DNA of 64,000 nucleotides, taken from positions 21,748 through 85,747 of the forward strand of contig CAYPIU010000003.1 of the NCBI GenBank assembly GCA_964410915.1. The letters run 5' to 3'. Of this stretch, positions 62,964 through 64,000 are shown in pieces. This DNA is from an uncultured Synergistales bacterium (GTDB lineage: Bacteria; Synergistota; Synergistia; Synergistales; JAFGMB01). The notes under the pieces are model-generated. The model was not told where the DNA came from, ran no database searches, and saw nothing but the letters and a program-made list of their open reading frames with translations. Every line of letters begins with the position of its first letter. Within the stretch, counting starts at the first letter, position 1. Made by a program: the position numbers and the translations under genes.

Positions 62964-64000
62964 TTAATTCTTTTCAAATTCCGGACCTTCCAGGTCTTCT
63001 GCAACATTCTCGAGCAGATCAGGTATTTTCAGATGTTGAGGGCAGACTTCCATGCACTTGCCGCATTTTACACAGAGTGATGCGTGTGCTTTTTTGCCCA
63101 TTATTCCGCTAAGCCAGAAGTAATACTGGCGTTTTGGATCTTCCTGGCCCAGGAGATGATAGCGATTGTAGAATTCGAAACATGTGGGTATGTCTACCCC
63201 TGCAGGGCAGGGCATGCAGTAACCGCAACCGGTGCATCCTACCTTTGTCAATTCGTGATATTTTGCCCCTGCCCGGCGGATCAGTTCAAGCTCATGGCTG
63301 GTGAGGATATCAACTTCTGCATTACTTGCGGAGGCTATGTTCTCATTTAGCTGTTCCTCTTCGTTCATTCCGGAAAGGACAACTGTAACCTCTGGCTGGT
63401 TCCATAGCCATCTCAGTCCCCATTCTGCCGGTGTTCTCTTTATTTCCGCCTCATCCCATATAGACTGTACGGGTTCAGGAACTGTTCTGACAATACTTCC
63501 GCCTCTGAGTGGTTCCATGATTATTACACCCAGTTCTCTGGAGGCTGCATATTTGAGCCCCTCTGTCCCCGCCTGGAATTCGGTATCAAGATAGTTGTAT
63601 TGTATCTGGCAGAAGTCCCAGTCAAAAAAGTCAACGATATCTTTAAAAGTTTTCAGGTCATCATGGAATGAAAATCCAACATTTATAACCTTTCCCTTTT
63701 CCTTTGCATCTTGAAGAAATTCAATTACCCCGAGTTCCCTGATATTGTTCCAGCTCTGCTTTGAAAGAGCATGAAGGAGGTAATAATCTATGTGGTCCGT
63801 CTGAAGTCTTTCAAGCTGGCTGTCCAGAAGGTCATACATATCAGATCTTTCCTTTACGAGCCAGCAGGGAAGCTTTGTGGCCAGTTTTACCTTGTCCCTG
63901 TAACCATCCTGAAGAGCTTTTCCTACAAAGGGTTCTCCCTCTCCATCATGATATGGCCATGCTGTATCTATGTAATTGATCCCTCTGTCTATCGCAAGGC
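62964..64000 (-). CDS. Aldo/keto reductase fused to a C-terminal 2x[4Fe-4S] ferredoxin-like domain, 5' end beyond window
   Basis: The frame stays open past the listed ATG to the window edge (LAIDRGINYIDTAWPYHDGEGEPFVGKAL...). The C-terminus carries CTGCGYCMPCP and CVKCGKCMEVCP. Confidence 0.85.
   Translation of the reverse strand, partial: LAIDRGINYIDTAWPYHDGEGEPFVGKALQDGYRDKVKLATKLPCWLVKERSDMYDLLDSQLERLQTDHIDYYLLHALSKQSWNNIRELGVIEFLQDAKEKGKVINVGFSFHDDLKTFKDIVDFFDWDFCQIQYNYLDTEFQAGTEGLKYAASRELGVIIMEPLRGGSIVRTVPEPVQSIWDEAEIKRTPAEWGLRWLWNQPEVTVVLSGMNEEEQLNENIASASNAEVDILTSHELELIRRAGAKYHELTKVGCTGCGYCMPCPAGVDIPTCFEFYNRYHLLGQEDPKRQYYFWLSGIMGKKAHASLCVKCGKCMEVCPQHLKIPDLLENVAEDLEGPEFEKN

Noticed and set aside
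1-64000. A scan for CRISPR arrays, IS elements/transposases, integrases, prophage genes, rRNA and tRNA.
   Set aside because: I could see no regularly spaced direct repeats, no terminal inverted repeats flanking ORFs, and no recombinase-like translations in the ORF track. The window appears free of these features.

Overview
The window is a gene-dense bacterial chromosomal segment of roughly 45% GC, with about 53 protein-coding genes. I found no rRNA, tRNA, CRISPR array, transposase or integrase. The content suggests an anaerobic, diderm, organic-acid- and amino-acid/peptide-utilising organism, because TolC/MacAB-type efflux, ptb/buk, and many TRAP, AGCS, YfcC and MFS carriers are present. The taxon cannot be determined from this window. 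The layout is a chain of small regulator + transporter + enzyme modules. (1) A GntR-linked TRAP transporter with two tandem isocitrate-lyase/PEP-mutase-superfamily paralogues and a class IV aminotransferase. (2) Two tandem periplasmic-sensor PAS-GAF-HD-GYP genes. (3) An unusual buk-ptb-ptb-buk operon extended by a DHDPS/NAL-type aldolase, a D-2-hydroxyacid dehydrogenase and a cupin, facing a Cache-GGDEF gene. (4) A peptide/amino-acid island with an S9 peptidase, an IclR regulator, an aminotransferase, an AGCS symporter, a carbamoylase-type M20 amidase, YfcC, an MBL hydrolase, a DmpA/S58 aminopeptidase, an FAD enzyme, an alpha/beta hydrolase, a DTD2-like protein and YitT. (5) An IclR-MFS-unknown enzyme module flanked by long AT-rich spacers. 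(6) treX-treY-treZ. (7) TolC plus MacA with a split MacB. (8) An orphan coiled-coil protein with a PD-(D/E)xK-like C-terminus. (9) IclR plus a solitary panB. All functional calls rest on motifs read from the supplied translations and on the DNA itself; no database search was possible. Several longest-ORF starts in the track look too far upstream and were trimmed using RBS spacing. No single locus is demonstrably a new system. The candidates I rank highest are the double ptb/buk operon with flanking c-di-GMP enzymes, the DmpA/DTD2-like D-amino-acid-themed divergon, the ICL/PEPM lyase pair with TRAP, the IclR-MFS-unknown enzyme module and the orphan nuclease-like gene.
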